Of a DNA stretch of 38,391 nt, positions 9,768 to 18,747 are shown one piece after another. The stretch lies in the NCBI GenBank assembly GCA_964542565.1, contig CAZIVB010000001.1:1-38391 (forward strand). The letters run 5' to 3'. The notes under the pieces are model-generated. The model had not been told where the DNA came from and searched no databases. It saw nothing but the letters and a program-made list of their open reading frames with translations. This DNA is from an uncultured Hyphomicrobiales bacterium. GTDB lineage: Bacteria; Pseudomonadota; Alphaproteobacteria; Rhizobiales; BM303. Each line of letters begins with the position of its first letter. Position 1 is the stretch's first letter. The translations under genes and the position numbers were made by a program.

Positions 9768-10208
9768 TCAGATCGCGCGTTGTTCTTGCGGGCTGTCCAT
9801 CGACCAGAGTTTTTCAAGATTATAAAACGAACGCACTTCCGGCCGGAAGATATGGATGATCACATCGCCGCAATCAACCAGAACCCAGTCACAATAGGGC
9901 AGGCCCTCGATACGCGGCCGCCCGAAGCCGCCCTTGCGGACGCCTTTGCGCAACTTGTCGGCAATGGCGCCGACATGGGTGCGCGAGTTGCCCGAGGCAA
10001 CAATCATCTGATCGGCAATCGTGCTTTTTCCCAGCAGGTCGATGGTGATGACATCTTCAGCCTTGGAGTTTTCGAGTGTATCTGAGATGAGATCTTTAAG
10101 TCTGGCGACCTCAATGTGAGAAGAGGTGCGCGCACGCGGCCCGTCAGGGGCGGGGTGCGAAATCGTGTCGATATTCAGGGTCAAATTCCTTATATTGCTC
10201 TGACGCAA
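9768..10208 (-). CDS. rsfS: Ribosome silencing factor
   Basis: KAEDVITIDLLGKSTIADQMIVASGNSRTHVGAIADKL...WVLVDCGDVIIHIFRPEVRSFYNLEKLW is typical RsfS. The start is uncertain: the track uses a TTG at 10208, there is no upstream ATG, and this gives an N-terminal extension of about 35 aa. Confidence 0.8.
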   Translation of the reverse strand: MRQSNIRNLTLNIDTISHPAPDGPRARTSSHIEVARLKDLISDTLENSKAEDVITIDLLGKSTIADQMIVASGNSRTHVGAIADKLRKGVRKGGFGRPRIEGLPYCDWVLVDCGDVIIHIFRPEVRSFYNLEKLWSMDSPQEQRAI

Positions 10209-10272
10209 GTTGGACCATTGGGACCGGACAGGCCCCGGCCCTGCATAAAACTATACAATTTCCGCCCGGATT

Positions 10273-11523
10273 TCAATCCTGATCCGTCTTGTCCGTCAGG
10301 GCGTGGTTTTCTGCGATGTAGTTTTCCAGTATCTCTTCAAATTGTCTTGATAATTCATCGCCGCGCAAAGTCAGCGCTTTTTGCCCGTCAATAAACACCG
10401 GCGCGCTGGGCGCCTCCCCGGTGCCGGGCAGGGAAATGCCGATATTGGCGTGTTTGCTCTCGCCCGGTCCGTTGACGATACAGCCCATCACCGCAACATT
10501 GAGATCCTCAAAGCCTGCATAACGGGCCTGCCAGTCCGGCAGACGCTTGCGGATATAGGCCTGAATATCCGCCGCCAGTTCCTGAAACGCCTCGCTTGTA
10601 GTGCGCCCGCAGCCCGGACAGGCAGAAACCTGCGGCGCAAAGGCGCGCAGCCCCATGCTCTGCAACAGCTCCCGGGCAACATGAACCTCGCGCGCCCGCG
10701 CACCGCCCGGCTCGGGCGTGAGCGAGACCCGGATGGTGTCGCCAATGCCTTCTTGCAACAAGATGCCCATCCCGGCGCTGGAAGCCACAATCCCCTTATC
10801 GCCCATTCCCGCCTCCGTCAGCCCCAGATGCAGCGCATAAACCGAGCGCCGCGAGGCGAGACGGTAAACGCTGATCAGATCCTGAAGCCTTGAAACCTTG
10901 GCGGAAATGATGATTTTGCTCGCCGGCATACCCAGCTCTTCAGCCCTTGCGGCGCTGAGCAGCGCCGATTGCACAATCGCGTCATGCATGACATGGCGCG
11001 CATCATGCGGTTTGTCCCTGAGCGCGTTTTCCTCCATCAGCCGGGTCAGCAGGCTTTGATCCAGAGAGCCCCAGTTGACGCCGATCCGCACCGGTTTGTC
11101 ATTTTCGAGCGCGGTTTCAATCATGGCGGCGAAGCGGGCGTCTTTTTTATCGCCAAATCCCACATTGCCCGGATTGATGCGATATTTCGCCAGCGCCTGC
11201 GCGCAGGCCGGGTGGGATTTGAGCAGCGAATGACCAATATAATGAAAATCACCGACAAGCGGAACATCAACCCCGGCGCCGAGCATGGCGTCGCGAATAT
11301 GTGGCACCGCTTTGGCGGCTTCATCCCGGTCAACGGTTATGCGCACCAGCTCCGCGCCCGCGGCGCCAAGCTCCAGAGCCTGTTTGACGGTCGCCTTGAC
11401 ATCGGCTGTATCCGTGTTGGTCATGGTTTGCACGACAATGGGCGCGCCGCCGCCAATAGTGATATTTCCAACCCGAACCGGAATGGTCTTATGCCGCGGT
11501 GAGGCGGAATTGGTGTTGGTCAT
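10273..11523 (-). CDS. ispG: 4-hydroxy-3-methylbut-2-en-1-yl diphosphate synthase
   Basis: 416 aa with [28 protein letters not shown] and the CPGCGRT/GC cluster ligands. The ATG overlaps the znuB stop as ATGA. Confidence 0.95.
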   Translation of the reverse strand: MTNTNSASPRHKTIPVRVGNITIGGGAPIVVQTMTNTDTADVKATVKQALELGAAGAELVRITVDRDEAAKAVPHIRDAMLGAGVDVPLVGDFHYIGHSLLKSHPACAQALAKYRINPGNVGFGDKKDARFAAMIETALENDKPVRIGVNWGSLDQSLLTRLMEENALRDKPHDARHVMHDAIVQSALLSAARAEELGMPASKIIISAKVSRLQDLISVYRLASRRSVYALHLGLTEAGMGDKGIVASSAGMGILLQEGIGDTIRVSLTPEPGGARAREVHVARELLQSMGLRAFAPQVSACPGCGRTTSEAFQELAADIQAYIRKRLPDWQARYAGFEDLNVAVMGCIVNGPGESKHANIGISLPGTGEAPSAPVFIDGQKALTLRGDELSRQFEEILENYIAENHALTDKTDQD

Positions 11524-12323
11524 GTGTTTTTATAGCCCTGAATAATACTCATCACACCAAAGCCGGTCAGGAACATCAGCGTGAGAGTGGCCACAATGGC
11601 GGGACCGGCGGGCAAGTCAAGCACAAAGGCGCCGCCAAATCCACCCAGAAAACCGGCCAGCCCGGTAACAATCGCAAGAGCCGCCATTTGCTCCGGCGAA
11701 CGGGCGAATAACCGCGCCGTGGCGGCCGGGATGATCAGCATGGCGGTAATCAGCAAAATCCCGACAACTTTCATTGCGATGGCAATGGTCAGCGCGATCA
11801 GAATCATCAGGACAATTTTCAAACCCCTGACCGGCACTCCCTCGGCCATGGCCAGTTCCTCATGGATTGTCGCCATTAAAAACTGTTTCCACAAAAACCC
11901 CGTCACAACCAGCACCAGAGCGGAGATGGCATATATCCAGTAAAGATCGCTGCGGGAAATGGCCAGAATATCGCCGAACAGATAGCCCATGAGATCAACC
12001 CGGACCCCGGTGAGCAGCGCCGCGGCGATAAGGCCAAAGGCAAGCATCGCATGGGCCAGTATGCCCAGCAGGGTGTCTGTTGCAATGAGACGCTGATTGC
12101 CAAGAACAATCAGCGCAAAAGTCACCAGAGCGGTAATGATAATGACCCCGAGAGTGACATCAATATCCAGCAACAACCCCAGCGCCACGCCCAGAAGCGC
12201 CGCATGCGCCACCGTATCGCCAAAAAACGCCATTTGCCGCCAGACAATAAAACAGCCCAGCGGCCCGGCGCTCAGAACAATACCCAAACCGGCCAGCAGG
12301 GCATAAAGGATAAAATTATCCAT
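11520..12323 (-). CDS. znuB: Zinc ABC transporter permease
   Basis: The ATG at 12323 gives [49 protein letters not shown], ZnuB-like. It has an 8-nt overlap with the znuC stop. The track's longer ORF is an upstream extension. Confidence 0.88.
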   Translation of the reverse strand: MDNFILYALLAGLGIVLSAGPLGCFIVWRQMAFFGDTVAHAALLGVALGLLLDIDVTLGVIIITALVTFALIVLGNQRLIATDTLLGILAHAMLAFGLIAAALLTGVRVDLMGYLFGDILAISRSDLYWIYAISALVLVVTGFLWKQFLMATIHEELAMAEGVPVRGLKIVLMILIALTIAIAMKVVGILLITAMLIIPAATARLFARSPEQMAALAIVTGLAGFLGGFGGAFVLDLPAGPAIVATLTLMFLTGFGVMSIIQGYKNT

Positions 12324-13092
12324 CCCCGTCCTCCTCTGACACGGGAATGATCTGCCCCGCATCATCATGAATATGATCATGGTGATGGGTATAAACGGCA
12401 AAATTGCGCGCTTCGGGACCAAACAGGCGCGCATATTCGGGGTGTTTGGCTACCTCAACCGGCACCCCGGCGCAACAGACATGCCGGTTGAGACAGATGA
12501 CCTTGTCCGAGCCGCCCATTACCAGATGCAGATCGTGCGAGACCATTAAAATCCCGCATCCCAGACGGTTTTTAATCTCCTGGATCAACCGGTAAAGCCG
12601 CGCCTCACCGGCAAAATCCACCCCCTGCACCGGCTCGTCCAGCACCAGCAGTTCAGGCTTGCGCAGGATCGCCCGCGCCAGCATGGCGCGCTGAAACTCA
12701 CCGCCCGAAAGCCCGCCCGCATCGGCATCTATCAGATGCGAAATCCCGGTCTCGGCCAGAGCCTGCACGATATCCGCGCGCCGGGCGGCCCCGTTGAGAC
12801 TGACCAGCCGCGCCACGCTAAGAGGAATACGCCCGCTCAAGGGAAAATCCTGCGGCAGATATCCAACCCGCAGCCCCTTGCGCCGCTCGATTGTGCCGCA
12901 ATCTGCCGGCAAAATGCCCAGAAGAATTTTGACCAGGGTGGATTTGCCCGACCCGTTGGGGCCGATCAGGGTCACGATTTCCCCCTGGGAAACACAGATA
13001 TCCACATTCGACAGCACGGACCTTGCGCCAAACGAGATGCCTAAACCGGACGCCCTGATCAGCATGGAGGTTTTTATCGATTCGGCATCCAT
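12316..13092 (-). CDS. znuC: Zinc ABC transporter ATP-binding protein
   Basis: Walker A GPNGSGKST, signature LSGGEFQR, Walker B LLVLDEP, and a His/Asp-rich C-terminal tail (THHHDHIHDD) typical of ZnuC. Confidence 0.88.
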   Translation of the reverse strand: MDAESIKTSMLIRASGLGISFGARSVLSNVDICVSQGEIVTLIGPNGSGKSTLVKILLGILPADCGTIERRKGLRVGYLPQDFPLSGRIPLSVARLVSLNGAARRADIVQALAETGISHLIDADAGGLSGGEFQRAMLARAILRKPELLVLDEPVQGVDFAGEARLYRLIQEIKNRLGCGILMVSHDLHLVMGGSDKVICLNRHVCCAGVPVEVAKHPEYARLFGPEARNFAVYTHHHDHIHDDAGQIIPVSEEDGDG

Positions 13093-13119
13093 GAGGTTAA
13101 GCCCCGCTTCTCAAACAGC

Positions 13120-13145
13120 AAAGCCCGGCGCAATGGCCGGGCTTT
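13120..13145 (-). terminator. Candidate stem-loop terminator downstream of the BI-1 family gene
   Basis: A perfect 10-bp stem aaagcccggc / gccgggcttt has a 6-nt loop. On the minus strand it is followed by gctgtttgag, which is only moderately U-rich. Confidence 0.45.
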
Positions 13146-13166
13146 GAGGTATCTTGTAATCGATCC

Positions 13167-13949
13167 CTAGTTGCGATTGCCGAACAGCGAGAGCAGCATC
13201 ACGAACAGGTTGATGAAATCAAGGTACAGCGCCAGAGCGCCCATGATCGCCTTGCGGCCGACGATTTCAGATGAATCGGCGGCGTAATACATCTGCTTGA
13301 TGCGCTGGGTGTCATAAGCGGTAAGACCGGCAAACACCAGCACGCCGATCACCGAGATGGCAAATTGCAGCGCCGACGAGCCTAAAAAGATGTTCACCAC
13401 CGAGGCGATGATGATGCCGATCAGCCCCATAAAGAGGAAAGAGCCCCAGCCGGAGATATCTTTTTTGGTCGTATAACCCCAAAGGCTCAGAGCCCCGAAG
13501 GACGCCGCGGTGATGAAGAACACCCGCGCGATCGAGCCATGGGTATAGACCAGGAAGATCGAGGACAAGGACGCCCCCATCAGGGCGGCAAAAATCCAAA
13601 ACGCGGTCTGGGCTCCCGAGGCGCTCATCTTGTTAATGCGCGCCGAAAGCAAAAACACCATGCCCAGCGGCGCCAGCATGATCACCCACTTCAGGGGGGA
13701 GACGAAAATCAGCCGGCCAAATTCGGTGATCATCGCCCCGTTGGGAAGCTGCGCCGCGGCGGCGGCCTGATCCTGGGTTACGGCCATGGAGAAAAACGCA
13801 TAGGCAACGACGCCCGTGATCGCCAGACCGACAGCCATATAGTTATAGACCTTGAGCATATAGGCGCGAAGACCCTCGTCGATGCCCTCCATGCCGGTGC
13901 GCGCGATATAGTCCGTCTGCGCGAATTTGTTGTTGTCAAATCCAGTCAT
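13167..13949 (-). CDS. Bax inhibitor-1/YccA family membrane protein
   Basis: 260 aa and multi-TM, with LRAYMLKVYNYMAVGLAITGVVAY near the N-terminus and C-terminal AIMGALALYLDFINLFVMLLSLFG, typical of BI-1/YccA. Confidence 0.85.
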   Translation of the reverse strand: MTGFDNNKFAQTDYIARTGMEGIDEGLRAYMLKVYNYMAVGLAITGVVAYAFFSMAVTQDQAAAAAQLPNGAMITEFGRLIFVSPLKWVIMLAPLGMVFLLSARINKMSASGAQTAFWIFAALMGASLSSIFLVYTHGSIARVFFITAASFGALSLWGYTTKKDISGWGSFLFMGLIGIIIASVVNIFLGSSALQFAISVIGVLVFAGLTAYDTQRIKQMYYAADSSEIVGRKAIMGALALYLDFINLFVMLLSLFGNRN

Positions 13950-14060
13950 GAATGTCTATTCCTCATGTAAAATTAGTCCCTACGTGTCTGCCGATACAGA
14001 CGCTCACCGTTAATATGGGAAATCCTGCCAATAAATGCAAGAATGCTCTTGGTCGGACCG

Positions 14061-14080
14061 ACATTACATTTTAGTAATGT
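14061..14080. promoter_or_regulatory. Inverted repeat acattac-N6-gtaatgt immediately upstream of the fetA ribosome-binding site
   Basis: Perfect 7-bp arms (14061-14067 and 14074-14080) lie 13 nt before the ATG and abut the AAGAGG Shine-Dalgarno. The function is unknown; it could be an operator or a 5'-UTR hairpin. Confidence 0.3.
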
Positions 14081-14092
14081 TAAAGAGGAAAC

Positions 14093-14689
14093 ATGCTTGA
14101 AATCGAAAACCTGCACCGTCCGGGATTAAGCCCGGTTTCATTGCGCATTGATGACGGGGAATGCCTTGCCCTGATGGGTCCGTCAGGTTCGGGCAAGTCC
14201 CTCATCCTGCGCGCCGTTGCCGATCTCGATCCCAATGAGGGAAGGGTAAGGGCCAATGGCGATGAAAGAGCGCAAACCCCCGCGCCGCTGTGGCGGCAAA
14301 AGGTCGGCTTTTTGCCCGCCCAGTCGGGCTGGTGGGGTGAAACCGTTGGTGATCATATAAAAAAATCGGATATTGTGCTGGATTTGCTGCACAAACTGCA
14401 CCTTCCCGATGAGAGTCTGAACTGGCCGGTCAGCCGTCTGTCCACAGGCGAAACACAGCGCCTTGCCCTGATCCGCCTGCTGGCCCAGTCGCCAAAAGTG
14501 CTGCTGCTGGACGAACCCACTTCCGCTCTTGATGAAACGGCAAGGCAGAGTGTCGAGGCTGTTTTACGCGCCCGGCTTTCATCAGGGGTCAGCATCTTGA
14601 TGACAACCCATGACGAGAAGCAGGCAAAACGCTTATGCCAGCGCATTTTTCGCATTAACAAAGGGGTTGTAACGGAGGCGTTCTCATGA
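14093..14689 (+). CDS. fetA: FetA/YbbL-type ABC transporter ATP-binding protein
   Basis: 198 aa with Walker A GPSGSGKS, signature LSTGETQR and Walker B LLLDEPTSALD. It has an ATGA overlap with the FetB-like permease gene. Confidence 0.8.
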   Translation: MLEIENLHRPGLSPVSLRIDDGECLALMGPSGSGKSLILRAVADLDPNEGRVRANGDERAQTPAPLWRQKVGFLPAQSGWWGETVGDHIKKSDIVLDLLHKLHLPDESLNWPVSRLSTGETQRLALIRLLAQSPKVLLLDEPTSALDETARQSVEAVLRARLSSGVSILMTTHDEKQAKRLCQRIFRINKGVVTEAFS

Positions 14690-15492
14690 GTTATATTACG
14701 CTGTCCTATTCCGATCTGCTCCTTGCCTCACTGCTGTTGATGATCAACGGCGTCCTCTCGGTGATCTTCTCGCTCGGCCTGCTCAAACGTCTTGTCATCG
14801 CCGTAACCCGCATGGTGGTGCAGTTGCTGCTGGTGGGCTCCATTTTAAGCTGGCTGTTTGCCGCGCCGTCTCCGTTCTGGACCCTGCTGGCGGCTTTTGT
14901 CATGGTGGCTTTTGCCGGCTATGAAATTGTTTCGCGTCAGGACCGGCCCCTGAAAGGCTTCTGGTCCGCCGGGCTGGGCGCCGGCTCCATGACGGTGGCC
15001 TCGATGGTTATTGTCCTGCTGGCGCTCACAACCCAGATCCGCCCCGACCCCTGGTACCATCCGCAATATATGATCCCGATTCTGGGCATGATCCTCGGCA
15101 ACACCATGACCGGAGTCAGCCTTGGCCTCAATACGCTGACAAACGCCGTGCGCCGCGAAGCCGGCGCCATCGAGGCCGGGCTTATCCTCGGAATGAGCCG
15201 TCACAAGGCCATGCAGGGAGTGGTGAGGCAATCCCTGCGCAATGGCCTGATGCCGCTCATAAACGCCATGTCGGTCATGGGCCTTGTCTCGCTTCCGGGC
15301 ATGATGACGGGCCAGATCCTGGCTGGCGCCGCGCCGCAAGAGGCGGTGAAATACCAGATTCTCATCATGTTCCTGATCGGCGGCGCCACCGGTTTTGGCG
15401 TCATTATTTCGGTGCTGGGCGCGTCCTTGCGCCTGAGCGATAACCGGCACCGGCTGCGGCTTGACCGTCTGGCAAGTGGAAAAGAGAAATAA
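14686..15492 (+). CDS. fetB: FetB/YbbM (UPF0014) ABC-type iron-export permease
   Basis: 268 aa. GLVSLPGMMTGQILAGAAPQEAVKYQILIMFLI closely matches my recollection of E. coli YbbM (GLVSLPGMMSGLIFAGIDPVKAIKYQIMVTFML). Confidence 0.85.
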   Translation: MSYITLSYSDLLLASLLLMINGVLSVIFSLGLLKRLVIAVTRMVVQLLLVGSILSWLFAAPSPFWTLLAAFVMVAFAGYEIVSRQDRPLKGFWSAGLGAGSMTVASMVIVLLALTTQIRPDPWYHPQYMIPILGMILGNTMTGVSLGLNTLTNAVRREAGAIEAGLILGMSRHKAMQGVVRQSLRNGLMPLINAMSVMGLVSLPGMMTGQILAGAAPQEAVKYQILIMFLIGGATGFGVIISVLGASLRLSDNRHRLRLDRLASGKEK

Positions 15493-16038
15493 ATGCGGCT
15501 TTTTACCGGTCTGAAAATTCCCGGAAATATTGCGGGGGAGCTGGACAAGCTGCGCGGCGGACTCCATGGCGGACGCTGGATCGAGCCTGAGGCCTATCAC
15601 ATCACATTAAGCTTTATCGGCGAGGTTGAAGGCAAGGCGATAGATGAAATCTGTCAGGCGCTGGGCAATGTCCGGGCGGCCATTTTTACCCTGCAACTGC
15701 AAGGCATGGGCTGTTTTGGAACCTCAAGGCCAAGGGCGCTCTATGCCGGGCTAAAACCCTGCGAGAGCCTGATGCAGCTTCAAAGCGCCCAGGCCAATGC
15801 GATCAAAAGCGCCGGGATAGAGCTGGAAAGGCGTAAATACCGGCCCCATGTCACTCTGGCCCGTTTCAAACCCAAAGCGCGCTCGGATGTGGGCAAATTT
15901 ATTGAGCGCAACAACCTGTTTCGCTCATCATGTTTTGAAGTCCCGGGCTTTGTATTGTTTTCCGCCCGCCCGTCCGGCGGCGGCGGGCCTTATGCGATTG
16001 AGGACGAGTTTAGTTTTAAGGATCAAGCCGGGCCCTGA
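15493..16038 (+). CDS. thpR: RNA 2',3'-cyclic phosphodiesterase (2H phosphoesterase, LigT/ThpR)
   Basis: 181 aa with two HxT/S motifs (YHITLSF and PHVTLARF). The ATG directly follows the fetB TAA with zero spacing. Confidence 0.85.
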   Translation: MRLFTGLKIPGNIAGELDKLRGGLHGGRWIEPEAYHITLSFIGEVEGKAIDEICQALGNVRAAIFTLQLQGMGCFGTSRPRALYAGLKPCESLMQLQSAQANAIKSAGIELERRKYRPHVTLARFKPKARSDVGKFIERNNLFRSSCFEVPGFVLFSARPSGGGGPYAIEDEFSFKDQAGP

Positions 16039-16507
16039 CATGGGCCAGAAGCCCCCTTGACGCCGCCTCCACCAGATCAAGCACATGAGCAAAGCCGTCC
16101 GGTCCGCCATGATAAGGATCGGGCACCTCATCGGCGGCCTCACCATCGGCAAAATCAAGAAACAGCCGCACCTTGTCCTCATATTGCGCTCCGGCCAGAT
16201 TCTGCAAATCCTCAAGATTGTCATAATCCATCGCCAAAACCAGATCGAAGGCGTCAAAATCGGCGCGGCTCACCTGTCTGGCGCGCAAATCGGAAATACC
16301 ATAACCGCGCGAGGCCATTTCACCCTGCGCCCGCCGATCCGGCGGCGAGCCCACATGCCATGAGCCGGTACCGGCCGAATCCGTGCCGATTATATCTTGC
16401 AGGTTTTCACCCTGAACCAGAGCCCGGAATGTGCCCTCCGCCATGGGCGAGCGGCAGATATTGCCAAGACAGACAAACAGGACGCGAAAGAGAGATTTAT
16501 TAGCCAT
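16016..16507 (-). CDS. Low-molecular-weight protein-tyrosine phosphatase
   Basis: The ATG at 16507 gives MANKSLFRVLFVCLGNICRSPMAEG (CX5R(S) P-loop), with DSAGT and the DPY general-acid region. The 328-aa track ORF is an upstream extension. Confidence 0.88.
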   Translation of the reverse strand: MANKSLFRVLFVCLGNICRSPMAEGTFRALVQGENLQDIIGTDSAGTGSWHVGSPPDRRAQGEMASRGYGISDLRARQVSRADFDAFDLVLAMDYDNLEDLQNLAGAQYEDKVRLFLDFADGEAADEVPDPYHGGPDGFAHVLDLVEAASRGLLAHVRARLDP

Positions 16508-16612
16508 AAAAAACGTGATGGCGCATTTTTCAGCCAAGTTCAAGCGGCAATGGAGAGAAGCTTTGGGAAAACAAATTGCGAAAACACCCCCAAGCACCAT
16601 ATAACACCGGTT

Positions 16613-17494
16613 ATGAACACCAAGACGCACATATCCTTCCGCAAGATGAACGGGCTGGGCAATGATTTTGCCGTGTTTGACGCGCGCCAAAACCCCGTCC
16701 CGCTTGATGCCCCGACCCTCCGCGCCATTGCCGACCGCAATAGCGGTGTGGGCTGCGATCAGATCATCAGGATCGAGCCAAGCAATCAGGCCAATGCCTT
16801 CATGCGCATATGGAACGCCGACGGCGATGAGGTTGACGCCTGCGGCAACGCCACGCGCTGCATTGCCGCGCTGTTTCTGGACGAAACATCGGCCTCGCAA
16901 ATCACCATCGCCACCAATGCCGGCAATCTGGTTTGCAGCCGCGCGCAAAACCCCGGCGAGATCAGCGTCGATATGGGTGTTCCCAAATTCGCCTGGGACC
17001 AAATCCCTTTAGCGGAGGAATTTGCCGACACAAGACGCATTGAGTTGCAGGTGGGGCCGATCGGCAATCCGGTTTTGCATTCGCCTTCCGTGGTCAATAT
17101 CGGCAATCCCCATTGCATCTTCTGGGTTGAGGATATCGAGGCGCATGATCTTGCCATTTTAGGCCCGTTTCTGGAAAACCATGTCCTGTTTCCCGAGCGC
17201 GCCAATATCTCGCTGGCGCAAATCACCGGGAAAGATGAAATCCGCCTGAAAGTCTGGGAGCGCGGCGCGGGCCTCACCAGAGCCTGCGGCACCGCTGCCT
17301 GCGCCGTCGGGGTTGCCGCCCCGAGGCTGCGCAAGACCGGCCGCGATGTCCTTGTCAACCTGCCGGGCGGCCCTCTGCGCATCAGATGGCGCGAGGAAGA
17401 TGATCATATCATCATGACCGGAGCTTATGAGCTGGAATATGAGGGCTCACTTGACCTTGAAAGACCGGCTCAGGCGCAAGGGGCGGTTTCATGA
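16613..17494 (+). CDS. dapF: Diaminopimelate epimerase
   Basis: The ATG at 16613 gives MNTKTHISFRKMNGLGNDFAVFDAR, with the active-site regions GNATRC and GAGLTRACGTAA. The track ORF starts further upstream. Confidence 0.92.
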   Translation: MNTKTHISFRKMNGLGNDFAVFDARQNPVPLDAPTLRAIADRNSGVGCDQIIRIEPSNQANAFMRIWNADGDEVDACGNATRCIAALFLDETSASQITIATNAGNLVCSRAQNPGEISVDMGVPKFAWDQIPLAEEFADTRRIELQVGPIGNPVLHSPSVVNIGNPHCIFWVEDIEAHDLAILGPFLENHVLFPERANISLAQITGKDEIRLKVWERGAGLTRACGTAACAVGVAAPRLRKTGRDVLVNLPGGPLRIRWREEDDHIIMTGAYELEYEGSLDLERPAQAQGAVS

Positions 17495-18747
17495 GCGCGC
17501 CTGAATTTCACAGCTTCGGCTGCCGTCTGAACAGCACCGAGACCCAGATTATCCGCTCGCAGGCCCGCGAGAGCTCTTTGCAGGACGCCATTGTGTTCAA
17601 CACCTGCGCCGTCACCCGCGAGGCGGTGCGTCAGGCGCGCCAGGCGATCCGCAAGGCCAAGCGCAAGAGCCCGCAGGCGCGCATTATCGTTACCGGCTGC
17701 GCGGCGCAAACCGACCCGCAAAACTTTGCCGCCATGGATGAGGTCGATCTGGTGCTGGGCAATGAGGAAAAATTTGTTCCCGCCCTGCTTTCCTCATCCG
17801 GCAATAACGACGGCGCAAGGGTGCAGGTCGGCGATATCATGCGTGAAACCCGCATGAACACGCCGCCATTGCAGGAATTTGGCCAGCGCGCCCGCGCCTT
17901 TGTTCAGGTGCAAAACGGCTGCAATCACCGCTGCACCTTCTGCATCATCCCCTTTGGCCGCGGCAATGCCCGCTCGGCCACGCCGCAGCAGATCCTGGCG
18001 CAAATCCGCCAGCTGGTGGAAAAAGGCTTTCGCGAAGTCGTCCTGACCGGGGTTGATATCACCGCCTATGGCCCTGATCTTGACCCGGATTTGAATCTGG
18101 GCGCTCTCGTTTCACAAATCCTTGACCAAATCCCCGCGCTTGAACGCCTGCGCCTGAGCTCGCTTGATCCGGTGGAAACCGATGCGCGGCTGATGCGGCT
18201 AATCGGCGAAGAAGAGCGTTTGCTGCCCCACCTGCATCTTTCCCTGCAAGCCGGTGACAATCTTGTCCTCAAACGCATGAAGCGCCGCCACAGCCGCGAG
18301 GATGCGATAAAGTTTTGCGCCAGACTAAGGAAGATTCGCCCCGATATCGCTTTTGGCGCCGATCTGATCGCCGGGTTTCCTACTGAAACCGGGGAAATGT
18401 TTGCAAACACGGTCCGGCTGGTTGAGGATTGCGGCCTGAATTTCCTGCACGTCTTTCCCTTTTCCGCCCGGCCGCAAACCCCGGCGGCAAAAATGCCCCG
18501 GCCGCCCGGCGATGTGATCAAGGCGCGGGCCCGGCGGCTGCGCGAGACCGGCGGGCAGGCGCGGGCAAAATATCTTGCCGCCCAGATCGGCCATATCCGC
18601 CAGGTGCTGGTTGAAAACGAAGATATGGGGCATTCCGAGCATTTCGCCCCGGTCAAACTGGACCGGCCCGCAAGGCCCGGCGCAATTGTCCCGGTGAAAA
18701 TTACCAGTGCAGACCACTCCGGATGTGAGGGCACCATACTCACATGA
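17491..18747 (+). CDS. mtaB: tRNA methylthiotransferase, MtaB-type radical SAM enzyme
   Basis: 418 aa with the N-terminal FGCRLN and NTCAVT cysteines and the radical-SAM CNHRCTFC. It has an ATGA overlap with dapF, and dapF-mtaB-ftsY synteny is conserved. Confidence 0.88.
   Translation: MSAPEFHSFGCRLNSTETQIIRSQARESSLQDAIVFNTCAVTREAVRQARQAIRKAKRKSPQARIIVTGCAAQTDPQNFAAMDEVDLVLGNEEKFVPALLSSSGNNDGARVQVGDIMRETRMNTPPLQEFGQRARAFVQVQNGCNHRCTFCIIPFGRGNARSATPQQILAQIRQLVEKGFREVVLTGVDITAYGPDLDPDLNLGALVSQILDQIPALERLRLSSLDPVETDARLMRLIGEEERLLPHLHLSLQAGDNLVLKRMKRRHSREDAIKFCARLRKIRPDIAFGADLIAGFPTETGEMFANTVRLVEDCGLNFLHVFPFSARPQTPAAKMPRPPGDVIKARARRLRETGGQARAKYLAAQIGHIRQVLVENEDMGHSEHFAPVKLDRPARPGAIVPVKITSADHSGCEGTILT

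Noticed and set aside
13950-14092. aatgctctt at about 14042-14050, resembling the terminal aatgctctt of repeat copy 2, as evidence of a fourth copy.
   Set aside because: Only a 9-nt match exists, with none of the hairpins or linker, which is insufficient.
16016-17002. Over-long track ORFs that would create large gene overlaps: 16016-17002(-), 16397-17494(+), 2817-3461(+), 11520-12434(-), 31594-32382(-) and 23498-24727(-).
   Set aside because: In each case, an internal ATG gives the canonical N-terminus of the family. Some of these also have a Shine-Dalgarno or a stop/start overlap. The upstream extension translates to non-conserved sequence overlapping the neighbouring gene.
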